A stretch of DNA of 64,000 nucleotides from Monocercomonoides exilis PA203 (lineage: Eukaryota; Protista; Preaxostyla), in NCBI GenBank assembly GCA_001643675.2, contig LSRY02000065.1:186001-250000 (forward strand), in the 5' to 3' direction. The notes under the pieces were generated by a model. It was not told the origin of the DNA, made no database searches, and saw nothing but the letters and a program-made list of their open reading frames with translations. Both the position numbers and the translations under genes were made by a program. The first letter of the stretch is position 1. Each line of letters starts with the position of its first letter. Positions 25,301-36,345 of this stretch are shown here, one piece after another.

Positions 25301-25359
25301 TTTCTGTCTATCCCACAAATGGCTGACAACAAACACACAAGAAAAATCGAAGGAATCAT
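16309..25359 (-). CDS. Giant (3016 aa) type-I membrane receptor: signal peptide, repeated Pmp-like/pectin-lyase beta-helix modules, TM helix, degenerate TKL-type (pseudo)kinase tail
   Basis: Hydrophobic N-terminus; many GGA(L/I/V)...FxxN/C motifs; TM YWLLIVIIMAFVLLIILIIAVIFIV (~17595-17673); C-terminal CLRWKAPE...FSIGMMLWECLTLEVPF...GERP...ERPSL. Intronless ORF. Confidence 0.85.
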   Translation of the reverse strand: MIPSIFLVCLLSAICGIDRNYKMRNEYDAFHVRGMEKSGIFVKGSVVRMFCDIHNSSVELKGMLLENPDDCVMIEIRSGSLLLVEGSVFVRKNELNGHYVRNGGTCWLINTSLGVGNGQECGMMGSMVKMEGGDLSSLFVRNSEFEDVVFCGSGGSFLRDGSGSFEGIQNCIFANISKKCGEIEKMQTGKVTLMKMSSIEDCDVKRSMNVLEGGIVSGTEGSGSFTCNNCTFIQNERVDRKMKNTERNETTKNQSYVNAEWIECNASCGGALYVHDNSSATLTVENSSFVKCNATSTRGGGIYALNIAECTVKHSTFVECYCVASTNYGGAGAEIDDITIQVLVENCFFKDGWSGNDAGGLGIRSSKATKTKDSILNCNFQNCSGHNIADSLGGGFLHWHAVDRIVMKNCLFKGCYSNYNGGATCLKINENNGKLLWFCFFHNNTAPNGNDIYVDDNSTGSQVLWCYSTRTKGVRYYADGDRSEWLRNEGGRSRFVSSVQAQENAKDTFSCGLNESYACSTISHCLSQMIVGFVEEIKVLSGTVVEEKGVDVGEKTISVNGASSSGSSIETKFEGNGLSMFCVGTGELTVNDLSVVHNTSFENNRQCILFEVEGSGLMDVKRMNISMDSAHSEERSIQNSLVKMEDGSLKMQDVRWGRTFSAASVISLSQESSVMLSLDKCVFSNIVRTTAGSSLISVGEGSHSITLEGCTIDGCGNEDCDFGGGLMIEAGRESSLTMDEGIVKNCYASATQGRGGGIGLKVKDTNAEFQISSAFNGNVAKWGSDIFIDSPNLETTARSGKITSLTASISTINKIRGFHNGDETIPIPLCVYLIPLPSEIVVSNADAFDHSRCGFAEFPCLTLKHSLEMQEEEKKIVVDGMIEMQDELTFDSLKHTIRGKDGNSGWNVGNERNGVKESLITISANTVLKSLVFSVPSALANHEIFFSSSSQSFSLESCSLTFQNSRSALSFVFLSATAGEMSVSSFVVSSLVIGNHPLISLDGNNAAGTFTSMIIEDISSTVNSVLFGAENGASFTIQDSTLSVKTAQQTESLSSGSVRMISTNSVKLLKLTNNTMRGFKGNGENGGAVECTLGRDCSLEIVGGVMSGCESKGGNGGGMWVEMGEGSSFTVGNMTNANKVNEITSNDESNLFQLESCKARQTADGECGYGGGIYLHLADGTSSFTLKDVSFAECDAQEGKEIFINANDLWSVIDRRSIGFEVDLNNFTKLNGFERSTSNETFAIPLVVYLWNNFSAPVFVGGGSLSHDFSKCGYEASPCSSISKAVSIHLEGKKKDVALLEPFVFEEELGVTSHEWSIASKEDEMKCDVSDQKEGAQSGLIKNTVSVSVTGIVFSLKKSLTFHESVFECHSGKLALNGCGMEGGAETISTIFVKAVGGVVEVSEFGSENMKIGDSSIFVVEGNAKSVPSMNMTNSDFSEITFGDGCVVECHEGIIEEMSGCTFSSITGSKGSGGCISIANNDDEDDDDDDGRDFKVEIDDCTFEGCAVEEEKNEIGGGALFYEASANTNLLISLCSFYCCTAPYEEGSVGYGGGIMLKILKEEEEGKAGFVISSPVFSSGKPNNAKYGKDLFISSPLLAKSIKNETLPFVKDRLEVLTEDSMMGYDGENKECAIPLIYFWKSIESSVYIAEEGNNAVVCGFPNLPCQSVDYGMNRIGSSTVEQMMIHGICDVRSVTEMNGMKLEGTNMESDKIRFAQALEGDGDTVVECKGVVQFSELGILIPSAFDNGASILIQAGSDAIKTSVVSCSIHTIGNAEREVSFVLISASKGIISIENTEMAGFSTMHEIMSISADCVTTMSDVTFEDISLSGKSAIVMSESVISERGNDNSEEIWNILFEQCSFVNVKHNGSNNPSLLCCDVPNEVRLKIWNSTIDGCGSTSSNEGGGVFILLNERGRLEMNHTNVTGCFCSNIGRGGGMFLKSQSVSQKALPFVLSNITFKENVASKGRDVFVKCTDLDSQISESQFLINFGEPFVRELAIWGCTADNYGDEEDLLRMVFVFRSEFIFVSSIVENSSDSKQCGEMKSTCSSLNVGVSHIIPSDYSLLFVWNETELTGSCSAEKVTIKSMEASRNGKIKVREIELGNKGVVRTSESVRFEKVSFVFGGMGNVVCSCLIHQLSGSLILESVSFLSENRTTENSQTLFDFSLIVVDEGLFEAEKCIVGHLKFSKPVFQILHSEKATFEDVGVDGVECKSSLIESGKSKKVSVSKLAATNIDLEERSLISLENSHSSLILSLMVSSFTNISRSSDGSCIVCTSQPMSGFETYNCSFHECSSESQKGSQVAIALAEEMLMESCVFEGNLVSGTEGNGVADEVCKWNGSVVDLSNGEAVVRDTTICNSSKGGISVSGGSITIEMGLFENNNPSIENYPSVRRNIICSDSASLAISSLKGGDEVLPNTSLWILNEGCTLEGVAGERSSSFFIPKLEDASVNENGSNIFIKFKGSLFVPCDLSFRLVYKTGDVELVETYQFEEDGFESETEVIGTIPSENISKVADETEVSVMILFGKQLAATSPRILKNETEPKTGNDKVVEGGKEGKSYWLLIVIIMAFVLLIILIIAVIFIVRWKKAKNEAKDLREIVNDNIKKDPKAFEMVTMEMSPEEQWRRTEKEAERKNEERTKKRVYEKSLGHSESSEHLLSESGSTEYILGRDSDKIPEWVLEKVEEEEIQKRSPSPSISSTSTTDSDSTFVRSESLCPTTSSMSNLVDAMACSSPHEKLIVDLRDSLFMLLHGRNEKKEMDIGSLKEREQTAAQILFWVANLALHSFDEMENGLSSLSTLSPHIILFSEHMVICVVMHSDLLSDDSDSSSISSSTVVTSASEEDGDDDESLPSSAFEEDEDAFRKECLRWKAPELQMYKKMDATKESVAFSIGMMLWECLTLEVPFGEYEAEAAGQKIVNGERPISKTMLGNKAEEVIELLLSQEGSERPSLVWVKRMCIQKFPKGAAVLTVSDAIDFETDEDEAEEEEEEEEISSEGKEEKGKSKSKSSGAKY

Positions 25360-28300
25360 TGATTTTGTGATGATTATGGGTTCATGATCCCATATTTCTG
25401 ATTATATCCCATTATCTTTCCAAATATCAAAAAACATTTTTTCCTGCACAAATTCCATTTTCAATATTCATTTCACTGCTTTCATTTTCATTTTTCTGAA
25501 TCATTCTAATTTAATATTAATTCCAAGAAACTGCCATCTTTAATTGATTTCCTTTTTTTTCTTCAATTATTTGTATCTCTCATCTTTCTGCAGATATTTT
25601 GCTTTAATTAAGTGCCTCATTCACCCAATTCATTTTTCGTAAAAAATTGTTGGTTTTTATCTGATATCTTCATATTTTCTTCACTTGATTTCAAAGATTC
25701 CTGAAAACACAAATGAAAATAAATAGAAAAAAAATATCAAAAAAAGATGAAAATAAAAATTTCCACACCAAGAAATAAATCTAGCTGATCTTAAGCTACA
25801 TATTATAGCTTTTGCCGTATTCAGTAAAAATTGCTTCAACTTTTCATCATATCTCCAAAATAATATTTTTCTGCAATTCTTTTCGATGGAATTTCTTTTT
25901 TCCATTTTTTCAGAAAGAAATTGATTTTTGATTCAATATCCTCTGTTCTTTCTCTTTTCTGAATTCTCTTCATTTGTTCCTTCGTTTAATCCTCTTTTCT
26001 CTTTCTTCTATTTCTTATCAACTGTTTTTCAGGATTTCTTTTTCTTTGAGTCTTTCAACGTTTTCTATCAGAATTTTCATTTTCTTTGTTTTTCTAATTT
26101 CCAGTTTGTTTTTGAATCAATCTAGTTTCAGAGCATTCTTGGTCAGTAATCCAATGAAATTCTTCCTTTTTCAGATATTTTCCTGTTCATTCAAAAATTC
26201 TTCAATTCAACCTTATCTTGTCTCATTTTGAATTTTCAATAGCTTGTTTGTCAAATCAGCTAAGATTTGTAGATTGCTTAATCATGATAACTGTTTTTTC
26301 CAAGGGGAACTTTTTCCATACTTCCATTTCCGCTATAGAACCGTTATATTATTCACATCTTTGTTCCACCAACGGGTCGTTGGAGAGTTTCTATGATTAA
26401 TAATCTAAATAATCCGTTTTTCGATGATTAAATAAAAATACATAAAAATATAAATCAAAAATAATTTTCATAAAAGAAAACTTCAAACATGCAATTCCTT
26501 TGACTTTTTCGTTGTTTTTGTTCTGGGTCTGTTTTCCCTTCAGATTCGAGTCTGGAATAACAGTCATTTCTTTTGGATTTTCGGGCCAAACACAGCCTTT
26601 CAAAGGCAAATGAAATTGGCCAAAAAGAAACACATATAAAAACAAACCGTAATTCTAAATATGATTATTTTGCTCAGGAATCACTTGGAATGGATTAAAA
26701 TGAATCATTTTTTGAAAAGCAATCCATTTAGTCATTAATATCATAAGGCTTTGGAATAAAAGTGGAGTCTCTGCAAAAATACAAATTAACGAGCGAGAAT
26801 GAAAATGAATAAAAACATTTATGCTTCATCTGCCTTCAAAATAAAACAATTTTCTTCTAGCAAAAATAACTGGAACAAACTGACAATTCCCTCTTCATCA
26901 ATGTAAAAACGTATGATACATAATTCTTTGTGCAAGTTTCATCTTGAAATATTCCTCAACAATTTTATAAAACACCTGAAAACAAGAAAGAGAAAATGCA
27001 GGAATTCTTATGTTATTATGGGCAAATTTGATTTTTTGAATAATCATTAATCACTGTTTTTCCAACATTCAATAGTTATTGAAACGATAGAAAAATATGA
27101 ATATATATTTTGTTTCATTTGGCTCAATTTCTTTTTAAAAATCTACGGAAAATATCCATCAGAAAGGTTTTTCAAAGATTGGAAATGAATAATTGAAATT
27201 GTAAAATGAATAGGATGTGAAAATTAGTATATTTTTCTTTGAATAATAAATCAACTATATTTAAATCGAAATATGTATAATTTTTTCATTTTTGGTTGCT
27301 TAGCAAAAACCACTTTTCAGATTATGAAAAACGATTATAAAAATCAATAAAGAAAAAATTGATTCTAAAAATGAAAAAAAATAAAAATAAACCTTTGGGT
27401 AATGTGAACAAAGAAGAACTGAATTTCGTTTTTGACAAAAAGATTTGCAATCAAACCAGCAAAATGGTTGAGAACAAGAATCAATCATTGAACAAAGCCT
27501 TTGTTCTGTGAAAATGCATCGGACATAATTGTGACTGAAAAATATGAAGTGTGATTAATATCAGAATTCTTCTTTCAAAGTGACATTGGTGAAGATGATT
27601 GTTGAAGAGGAAGAAGAAGGAAAAAAGGAAAAGAACAGATGGCTCTTGGTTGATCTCTGAGAATGCAATCTTTCTTTAAACAAAGAAGATTTCAATCAAC
27701 AAGTACAAAAAGTGACAATTTGAATTCCTTGTCTTCTGTATGCTACAAAAAGCAAAGGAAAAAACAAAACGAAACAAAAAGATGTTGAAGTGATTTTGAA
27801 TTCATTTTGTTGTGTTGGTAAATGAGAAGTTCACAATGACAAAACTTTAAAAGAGAAGATGATGGGGAATATGGATTTTGAAAAAGAATTTAAAATGGAT
27901 TTTGAAAAGCTGAAAAGAAGTGTGAATTGGATGAAACCAGAGAAAGCCAATGGAGGAAAAGAAACAAAAAAGGAATGGATGATTGGGAAATGGATTCAGG
28001 TTACACAAAAGTTCATCCATCAGAGATGGTTGCAGTGAGAAGGGTCTGATAAACTCTTCACCATTGTTGGAGGATTGAAGTGACTCGTGGTTGGCACTTT
28101 CAGACGCATTGCAAGAAAAAAAAGCAAATTTGTTGAATGGAGGATCTGAAACGATGAAACAAGCCTTGAAAAAATGCTGAGAATAAAAGTGTCTGTATTT
28201 GCGTTGGAGGTGCTGCAATTCTTGAAAATGAACATGAAAATGGCTTTTTATTATTTTTGAGTTTCTGATGCAAAAGTTGAGAAGAGTCAAAGGAACATGG

Positions 28301-29612
28301 AATCCAATTGTGGAGTTCTTTTTCTGGAAATGGAGATTCCTGAACGGAAAGATCTTCTGAAATTGATTTCTTTAATTATTTTTTTTCTCTCTTCATTCAA
28401 TTCTGAAAATCTCTTTTGTTCTACCATCTTTGCACTGATTCGTTCTCATTCCATTCACACTTCTATGTGAGCAATTTAGCAAAAAAGCAAAAGTTGAAAC
28501 AAAAAAGAAAAGAAGAAAATTTTCTTTTATTTTTTCAATGACACTTGTTAAATATCTCTTTGTCATTCTTTCCAAAGTGCGTACATTTCATTCAACATTT
28601 GGCCAATCAACAAACAACCACATTTAAGTGCGAAATGAAAGAACAATCCAGAAATCAAACATTCATATGAACCCCTACACAATGGATCATAACTGAGAAT
28701 CCGGGTTATTCTTTTCTGAAGCAGGGCATTGAATGGATAATAATCACCAGATAGAAAGTTTGAAATATATGGAGAAAACAATAAAGATATGGGATAAAAT
28801 AAACTCAAGGAGATGAAACAAGACCACTCAAAGATTTTTCTCAAAGAATAATTTTCCAATAAAAAGCAGGATATGATTCCTTTCCATCATGCAACTCACA
28901 AAATGAAGATTCTCCTGTTGAATTGTGTCACACACTTTAATTTGTTTTCTGTTCATCTCTTTGAAGAATCCATTGAAATGACAGCTTTGATGGCTGAAGG
29001 ATGAAACACAGCACAAAAGAATTACCAACATGTTGCCCATGAGATTCACTGACGCAGTTGAAAATACAACTCTCTCAAGAGTTGTGAATACTTCAGAGCA
29101 ATTGGAAAGTGAGATTTCTGAAACCGCATTGAAGGAACAGTTCCAGAAAAAAGAATAATATCTGGAGTGAAGCGATCAGGCGAATGCTTTCGTCAAGCCC
29201 CAAGATGATTGAGATTGAGCAAAACCAAAGAAGGTGGAAAAGCAAAGCTCGAGATGAACCATAACGAAATCACAATAAAACACAAGAAAGCGAACATGTA
29301 GATTACCAAAATCTTCAAAATGTGTGCATCTGAATTGTGAAAATCCTTCTCTCATTCTCATTAAAGATTGTTTGTCTTTTCTATCTTTATACTTTGCTTT
29401 TTATTGTTTTTCACATCATCTGTCATTTCGAGATGATATACGTTCAATCCTTCAACTGTACAAAAATATGCAATTGTTTTGATTCCAAATTGAAAGAAAA
29501 AAGAAATACATAAAAAAATAATTATTGGTGATCAGAAATAATTCATAGAATGGGAGATATTGAAAAAAATTGAGAATTTTTGTTTCGAGGAGCTGGACGG
29601 CAGTTTTGAAGC

Positions 29613-32600
29613 ATGACGAACGTGATTCACTACCGTTTTGAGATAGACAAAGGGTTCAGCTCGATTGGGTTTTCAGGGTTTTTGATAAGCGTGCGGGACT
29701 TGAAAGAAGAAATTGCGACGAAGGAGAAAATCCCTCTCGGGGAAGGCGATCTGCGCATTGTGGATGCCAACTCTGGCGAAGGTGTGCACCGTGGCGAAGT
29801 ATTTTTTTGCCACATGTCCGGGATTTGATTTGTTTTTCGAGAGAAAAAACATTTTTTTTGTTTTTTGGCTTTTGGCTTTTTTCCATTTTTCGCTGTGAGT
29901 CTCTTTTTTTTGTTCTTCACGTCATTGTTTGGTGGCATCAACATTTGTGGCTGCTTTTCGTCATATCCTTTTTGTTAAAACTTATTTGTTTGTGCTTTGC
30001 AACATGAAATTGGTTGCTGCAGAGTACAGAGACAACAAACTGCTCACGCACGATACGCAGGTGATTGTCTCGCGTGTACCCTCTGCAAACTCGCGAACGC
30101 TGCTTCCGAATGCTCGGTTTGGATGCTTCACCCACTTTTTATTCTGCATTTGGATTTTCTCTCCGTTTTCTCGTTATGCTTTTCCATTTTGATGCAAACT
30201 CCAATGCTCTTCGCTATTTATTTTGCGGGTTGGTCCTTATCTGCTGGCATGGTGCTTGAATTAAAGAGATGTGGATCCAAAGCCCCGGCCGACATCTTTT
30301 GTGTGTTTTTTGTTGAGCTTCACATTTTTCTTTTTTTTCACAAAGGATTGCCTGTTTTTTATTTCATCTCTTTTCCACATGTATTCTCCAACATTTGCGC
30401 TCTGGTATTTGGATTTGATGTGCCTGCCATTGTTTTTTTCTTCCTTCTTCTTCTCCTTCTTTGTTCTCCTTTGATTTGATTGCCCTTCTGCTGTTCACTT
30501 TTTTTCTTTTCCCTGGATTGGGCTGGAATTGAAAGATCAACGAGGAGCGGATTCGAGCAGAGCATCTGGAGAGCCAAAGGCTGGGGGCAGCGCAGGAAGA
30601 AGAGGAGGAAGAGGACTATTACAAGAAGCACACAGATGTGTTTGTGCAGCAGAACCAACGGTTTGTGGAGCCATTTGCTGAAATTGTTTATTTCTCTGCT
30701 TCTTCAATTTTATTGCTTATTTTATTTTGTTTTGTTTTATTTTATTTTGCGGATGGCGCTTGTGCTGTGTGCAAATGGTGCTGTGTGTTGCTGAGCCAGG
30801 CCGCTGCGAGGGCGTTTGGGGAGCAAGTGGACAGTGGCGACGGGGCGAGGGAGCGGCGGAGGGCTGGGCGGAGGTGGGGGCGCGGGAGGGTTTGGCGGGC
30901 TTGGCGGGTTTGGCGGGCGCTTTGGAGGAGGGTTCAGGGGAGAAGACGAAGTGTGCGGGCGGTGCGGGGGGAGGGGGCACAGCACGATGAACTGTCCGCT
31001 CTCGACAGTGTCAGGAATCCCTGCCTCGCACATCAAAGTGGTGGAGTGTGTCTGTTGCGCCTGTTTGGGCATTTGCCTTTTTTTGCCTTTTTTGTGTTAT
31101 TATTTTGTGTTTTGTGTGATGGCAGCAGAACAAGAGAATGACAAGTGCCGATGACAGCTGCCAGCCATTTTTGTTGGCTTTGGCAGTTTTGCTGGCCATC
31201 TGAAGAGTTTTCTGTTGACTTTTGAGTGTTGCTGCAAAAGCTGTTTTATTTCAATCGGATATTTGCATTTTCCTTTTTTCCATTTTTTTATAATCATCAT
31301 TTTCATTTTTGTGTGTTTATTTTTTTATTTTTTTATGTTTTTTTGAAACTGGCGATGCATCAACGGAATGGAATTGTGCTTTTTCTTCTCTTTTTCTTTC
31401 TCTTTTTTTTCATTTTATTTTTTTGGTGAACAAAACGAATGACTGCAAACAAAACTGGTGATTTGAATGTGCAATGTGCAATGTGCAATGTGCAACGTGC
31501 TCTATCTGTATATTTATATGTATCGGACACTCTGCCATTCAACCAATGAATATAAACATCCAACTCTCTCTCTCTCTTTCTTTCTTTCTCTTTCTCTCTC
31601 TCTTTTTCTTTCTCTTGGGGCAGTCGGCGGGATGAAGACTTCGATCCGTCTGAGCGGCGTCTGGTGGGGCAGGACGGGCAGTATGTGGAGGAGATTGTGC
31701 GGGCACAGGACAGGCGGTGGAACAGGCCGATGGACGACTCGTTCTCTTCGCCTGTGCTGCACACTCAGCCTCTGCTGCCCCAGCAGACACCGCAGACACA
31801 GGCAGCATCCACACGGGGTGCTTCAGGGATGGGCAGAGGAGGAAGAGAAGGCATGATGACTCAACCTTCCATGCCCTCTTCTTCTTCTTCTTCTTCTTCT
31901 TCTTCCTCATCTGTTCCTGCTTCTGTTCCTGTGCAATCACCAGCACCATCATCAGCACCAGCACCAGCGCCAGCACCGATTGTGGTGCCAGCTGAGCTGC
32001 AGTGTCCGCTGTGCCGGCGGCTGATGAAGGATGCAGTTACGATGACGTGCTGCGGGGCGGTGATCTGCCGGCAGTGCGGGTTTCAGAACATGCGTCCGCC
32101 GGCGCGGCCGAGCTGCCCTGTGTGCGGGGCAGGCATCACACGGGCACAGATCGAGCCGAACGCGGCGGTGCAGGCACGGGCAGCGGAGTATCTGCGCACG
32201 CTGGCCATCCCATCCATGGCGAGCCTGTCGGTGGTGGCACCCGGCACATCATCTTCTTCTTCTTCAGCTTCATCAAATGTGGCAGCAGCAATGACAACAA
32301 GACCAGGAGAGGATGAGAGGGCCTTCCTTTCCCCACACCCAGGTGTTTCTGGCGTTTCAGGTGTATCAGGGGCGAGAGGCGGAGGAAGAATGGGCGTTGG
32401 GCAGCAGCTGCGGCAGGCGTCGCCATCTCCGTCGCCGTCTCCGTCGGTGCGGCTGACAGCGCTGGAGAAGCTGCAGAACGAAGATGTGGATCTGCTGGCC
32501 GAGCTGAACGAGAAGGAACCGTCGGTGCCTGCGTCTGCGCCTCGGCCGCTGAGCGAAGGAGGGCTGGGCAGCACAGCAGAGGAGAGGGGAGACACGCTTG

Positions 32601-35600
32601 GGCAAACAAGACAGACAGGAATGACAGGAATGGCAGGAATGGCAGGGCAGATGGGGCAGACAGGAAAGGCGCTGTTTGCACGGCCACCCATCCAGCCCAT
32701 CCAGCCAACTCAGCCAATGCAACCAATGCAACCAGCACAGCCAATGCAATCAGTTCAACCTGTTCAACCTGTTCAGCCGGGCAGAATGGCAGGTGCCCCA
32801 CCGGCAGGGCCGTATTATGGGGGTGGGCAGCGGATGGGCGGAGTGACTGGGCAGGCGCCGTATGCTCCTCCGCCCGGCAGATACGGAGGAATGGGGCCGT
32901 ATGCTCCTCTGCCGCCCACTCCGCCCACACAGCAGATGCAGCAGATGCCACCGCAACACGCTCCTCCTCTTTTGTATCCGCCTCCTTCAATTGGAGGAGG
33001 AGGGGGTGGAGGAGGTGGAGGAAGACAAGGAGGAGGAGTGGGAGGAGGATATGGCGGAGCACCGCCATATGCAGCTGGCCCTGTCTATGGCAGAGGATAT
33101 GCCCCTCCTCCGAATGCGCCTGGTGCTGTTGAGAATATCAACACAAATGGAAATACAAATATGAATATGAATACGAACATGAATATGAACATGAATGAGA
33201 ATGTGAATGTGAATGGGACTGGATATGTCGGTGCAAGTGGAGCAGAAGGAGGATATCCTCCGATGCCAATGCCAGCACAGACACAGACACAGACACAGGC
33301 ACAGACACAGACACAGATACCTATACCAATGTCAATTCCTATGCAAATGCAGATGCAGCCAGCTGAACAGGAAAGGGCAGACGAGAAGAACAGCAAACAC
33401 AATTGTATGGCTCTTTTTCAGAAAACGTTTACTTTTCTTTTTTTGTTCATTTTGTGTATTTTTTGGTTTCTTCTTTCGATTTTATTTCACAACAACAAAG
33501 CAAGACAACATCATTCAACTTTTTTTTTGATAATCATAACTGCCAATCTATTTTCCTCTTTTTTTCATCACTTTTTATCATATATTTATTTTTCTTTCTT
33601 TTTTCTTTTTTATTGTGATCTGATTGTATTTCATAGCATCTGGGCAGTTGATGGAAGAAATAGGGAAGAAGAGCAAAAGGAAGCGAGGAAGAGGAGAAAT
33701 GGGAAAAGGCGAACAAACAGAGAAAACTGAAGAAGAGGACGATAAAAAAGAAGAGGAAGAAGAAGAAAGCGAAAGTGAAAATGAAAGCGAAGAGAAAGAA
33801 GAAAAGGAAAAAGAAAGTGGAAATGAAGATAATGATGAAAATGATAATGAAGATGAAGAAGATGGAAGTGATGATGAAAAGGGAGAAGGCGAGGCAGCTG
33901 GGCGGAAGCGATCGAGGATTGAGGAGCAGACAGAAGGAGAAGATGATGAGAATAAAGAGGAAGAGGAAGAGGGAGATAAAGATAAAGAGGAAGATGAAAG
34001 AGAAGAGCAACAAAGCAGCACAGACAGCAGGGTGTCTAATGGAGAAGGAGAGGCAGAAGTGATGGCACCCCCACAGCAGGCGATGGCAGCTGCTGGCTAT
34101 TCGAATGGGGCAGTAGCAGCCATTGCGCCGGGTGGAGAAGCAGGCGGCGGGCAGGCAGCGGGGCAGGGCGGATACGGGGCAGCGTATGGCGGGGGATATG
34201 CGCAATACAATCAGCCGTATGCACCTCCGCCGTATGGGATGCCTCCTCCTCCTCACACTCTTCCTCCTCCTCATCCTTCTCTGCCCCAACAACAACAGCA
34301 GCAGGGAACAGGATATGCAGCAGGTGGGCAGGGGTATGGCGGAGGGGTGTATGGCATGCCGGGTGGGATGGCGCCGTATGCAGCTGGATACAACAGCAAC
34401 AACAACAACAGCAGCAGCAGTGGTGGTGGTGCACCGCCTGGCTATCCGCCACCGCCTTATCAGCCGTCGGGGAGGATGCCTTCTTATCTGCCGCCTTATG
34501 CACCTCTGCCGATGCAGCAGGGGTGGGGCAGATACAACAGCGGGGCAGGGGGTGGGAGTGGGGGTGGGGGTGGGTATGGCGAAGGGGCAGGGCGGAAGGG
34601 GGGAGAGGAGGGAGAGGGAAGGAGAGGGGGGCAAATGGGACAAGGGGAAGGAGACAGAGAGGGAGAAGTGAGTGAGGGATATGGGAATGGCGGGTGGGGG
34701 TATGGGGTGCCTGGGGTGCCTGGGGTGCCTGGAGTAGGTGGAGTGAGTGGGCCAGGGATGTGGCGGGGGAGAGGGCGAGGGCGGAGGAGGAGGGGAGGAG
34801 GCGGAGGGAGCGAGCGAGGGGGCGGGAGAGGGCGAGAGGGAGACAGATGGGGCGGGGCGCCTGTGCCTGTGTCTTCGCAGCAGTTCTACGGAGAAGGCGC
34901 TGGGCAGAGTGCACATCCATCTGAGCAGCCCTTCCAATCAGGTGGAAAAGAACAGGAAGAAGGCAGGGCATCAGACAAGACACACCATTCATCATCATCA
35001 TCGTCGTCATCATCATCATCTTCTTCTTCTTCTTCACATCGCAGTAAAAGGGATGAAAGCGAAAGAAGGCACAGAAAGAGCAGAAGCAGAGAAAGAAGCA
35101 GAGAAAGAAGCCGAGAAAGAAGCAGAAAGAGGAGTCGGAGCAGACAACGAAGCAGAGAAAGAAGAGAAAAGAAGGCGAGCCACTCGCAAAACAGAAGCAG
35201 AAGCAGAAGCAGAAGCAGAAGCAGAAGAGCACACAGCAGTCATAGAGAAAGAGAGAAAGAGAGAGAGAAGGAGAGAGAAAGGGGAAAAGAGAAAGAGAAA
35301 GAGAAAGGAGGAGAAGAAGAGCAGAGGAAGAGACGCAGCAGGAGCAGAGACAGACACAGAAGAAGCAGAAGTCGAAATAGAAGTCGAAGCAAGCACACAA
35401 CACGCGATAGAGAGGAGAGAGAGAAAGAGAAAGAGAAAGAGAAAGAGAAAGAGAAGCAAAAAGAAGGGCAAAAGAGCAGCGTTGCAGCAGACAAAGAGAA
35501 CAAAGCAAGGAATGAAAGCAAAGCATCTTCAAGCAGCGATGGAAAGGCACGACAAAAAGATGAGAGAAAAGAAGATCGAAGAGATGATAGAAGAAGTGAT

Positions 35601-36011
35601 AGAAAAGAAAGAGACAGACAAAAAGAAAAAGAAAGAGAAAGAGAAAGAGAAAGAGAAAGAGAGAAAGAAAGAGAGAAAGAGAAAGAGAAAGAGAAAGAGA
35701 AAGAGAAAGAAAAGGTGAAGGAGAAAAAACAAGATAAAAGAAAAGATGAGAAATCGACAATAGAAAACGATATCAAAAGAAGAAAGGAGCGCTTTCAAGA
35801 GAATTTTAAACAACGAGAAATTAATTCAAGCGACAAGTTGGCGAAAAGCGGAGATTTAAAAGCAGAAAAGGAAAGTAATTCCAATGAAAGAAACGAAGAG
35901 AAAGAGAAAGTTCAAAGAGACCGCTGCACTTCAGCAGATTATTCGGAAACTGCAAAACATGAAACTTCAGATGAGAATACAAGTATACAAAGCGATGATT
36001 CCTCAAAGTAG
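29613..36011 (+). CDS. RBBP6: RBBP6/Mpe1-like protein (DWNN, CCHC zinc knuckle, RING, Pro/Gly-rich and RS/ER-rich tail), ~7 exons
   Basis: DWNN MTNVIHYRF...ISVRDLKEEI...DANSGEEY...VIVSRVP; knuckle CGRCGGRGHSTMNCP followed by SGIP; RING VPAELQCPLCRRLMKDAVTMTCCGAVICRQC...CPVC. Introns 29782-30022, 30117-30266, 30301-30535, 30661-30799, 31046-31623 and 33405-33636 give a continuous frame. Confidence 0.88.
35430..35712 (+). repeat. (GAGAAA)n coding microsatellites (Glu-Lys/Glu-Arg repeats) in RBBP6
   Basis: Runs of gagaaagagaaa are directly visible. Confidence 0.8.
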
Positions 36012-36345
36012 CAAAACGAAGGACAGAGACGAATCTATCGCTTCAGAAATGCAACCAAATCCAGAAAAGTGAAAAAGCTGAAATGTCAGAACTCTATTTG
36101 CACTTAAAGATTGTGAATTTTTGGCTTTAAAGATGTGAAGTTTTATTTTCTTTTATTATAATTTCATTTCATTATTTTTATAATCTAAGATTTATACAAA
36201 TAGCTATTTAATTAAAAATTTAATTCTTCATTCAATATTTTCAATAATCAAAAAATAGTCATTCAAAACATTTTGATCAAAATGATCATGAAATATCCGA
36301 AAAATGCCTTAACGATCAGGAGATCAACTTTTCATCTGGAAAACC

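Noticed and set aside
33534-35776. Long antisense and alternate-frame ORFs (467, 574 and 323 aa) over RBBP6
   Set aside because: They are shadows of GC-rich and purine-microsatellite coding sequence, which lacks stops in other frames; no domain content.
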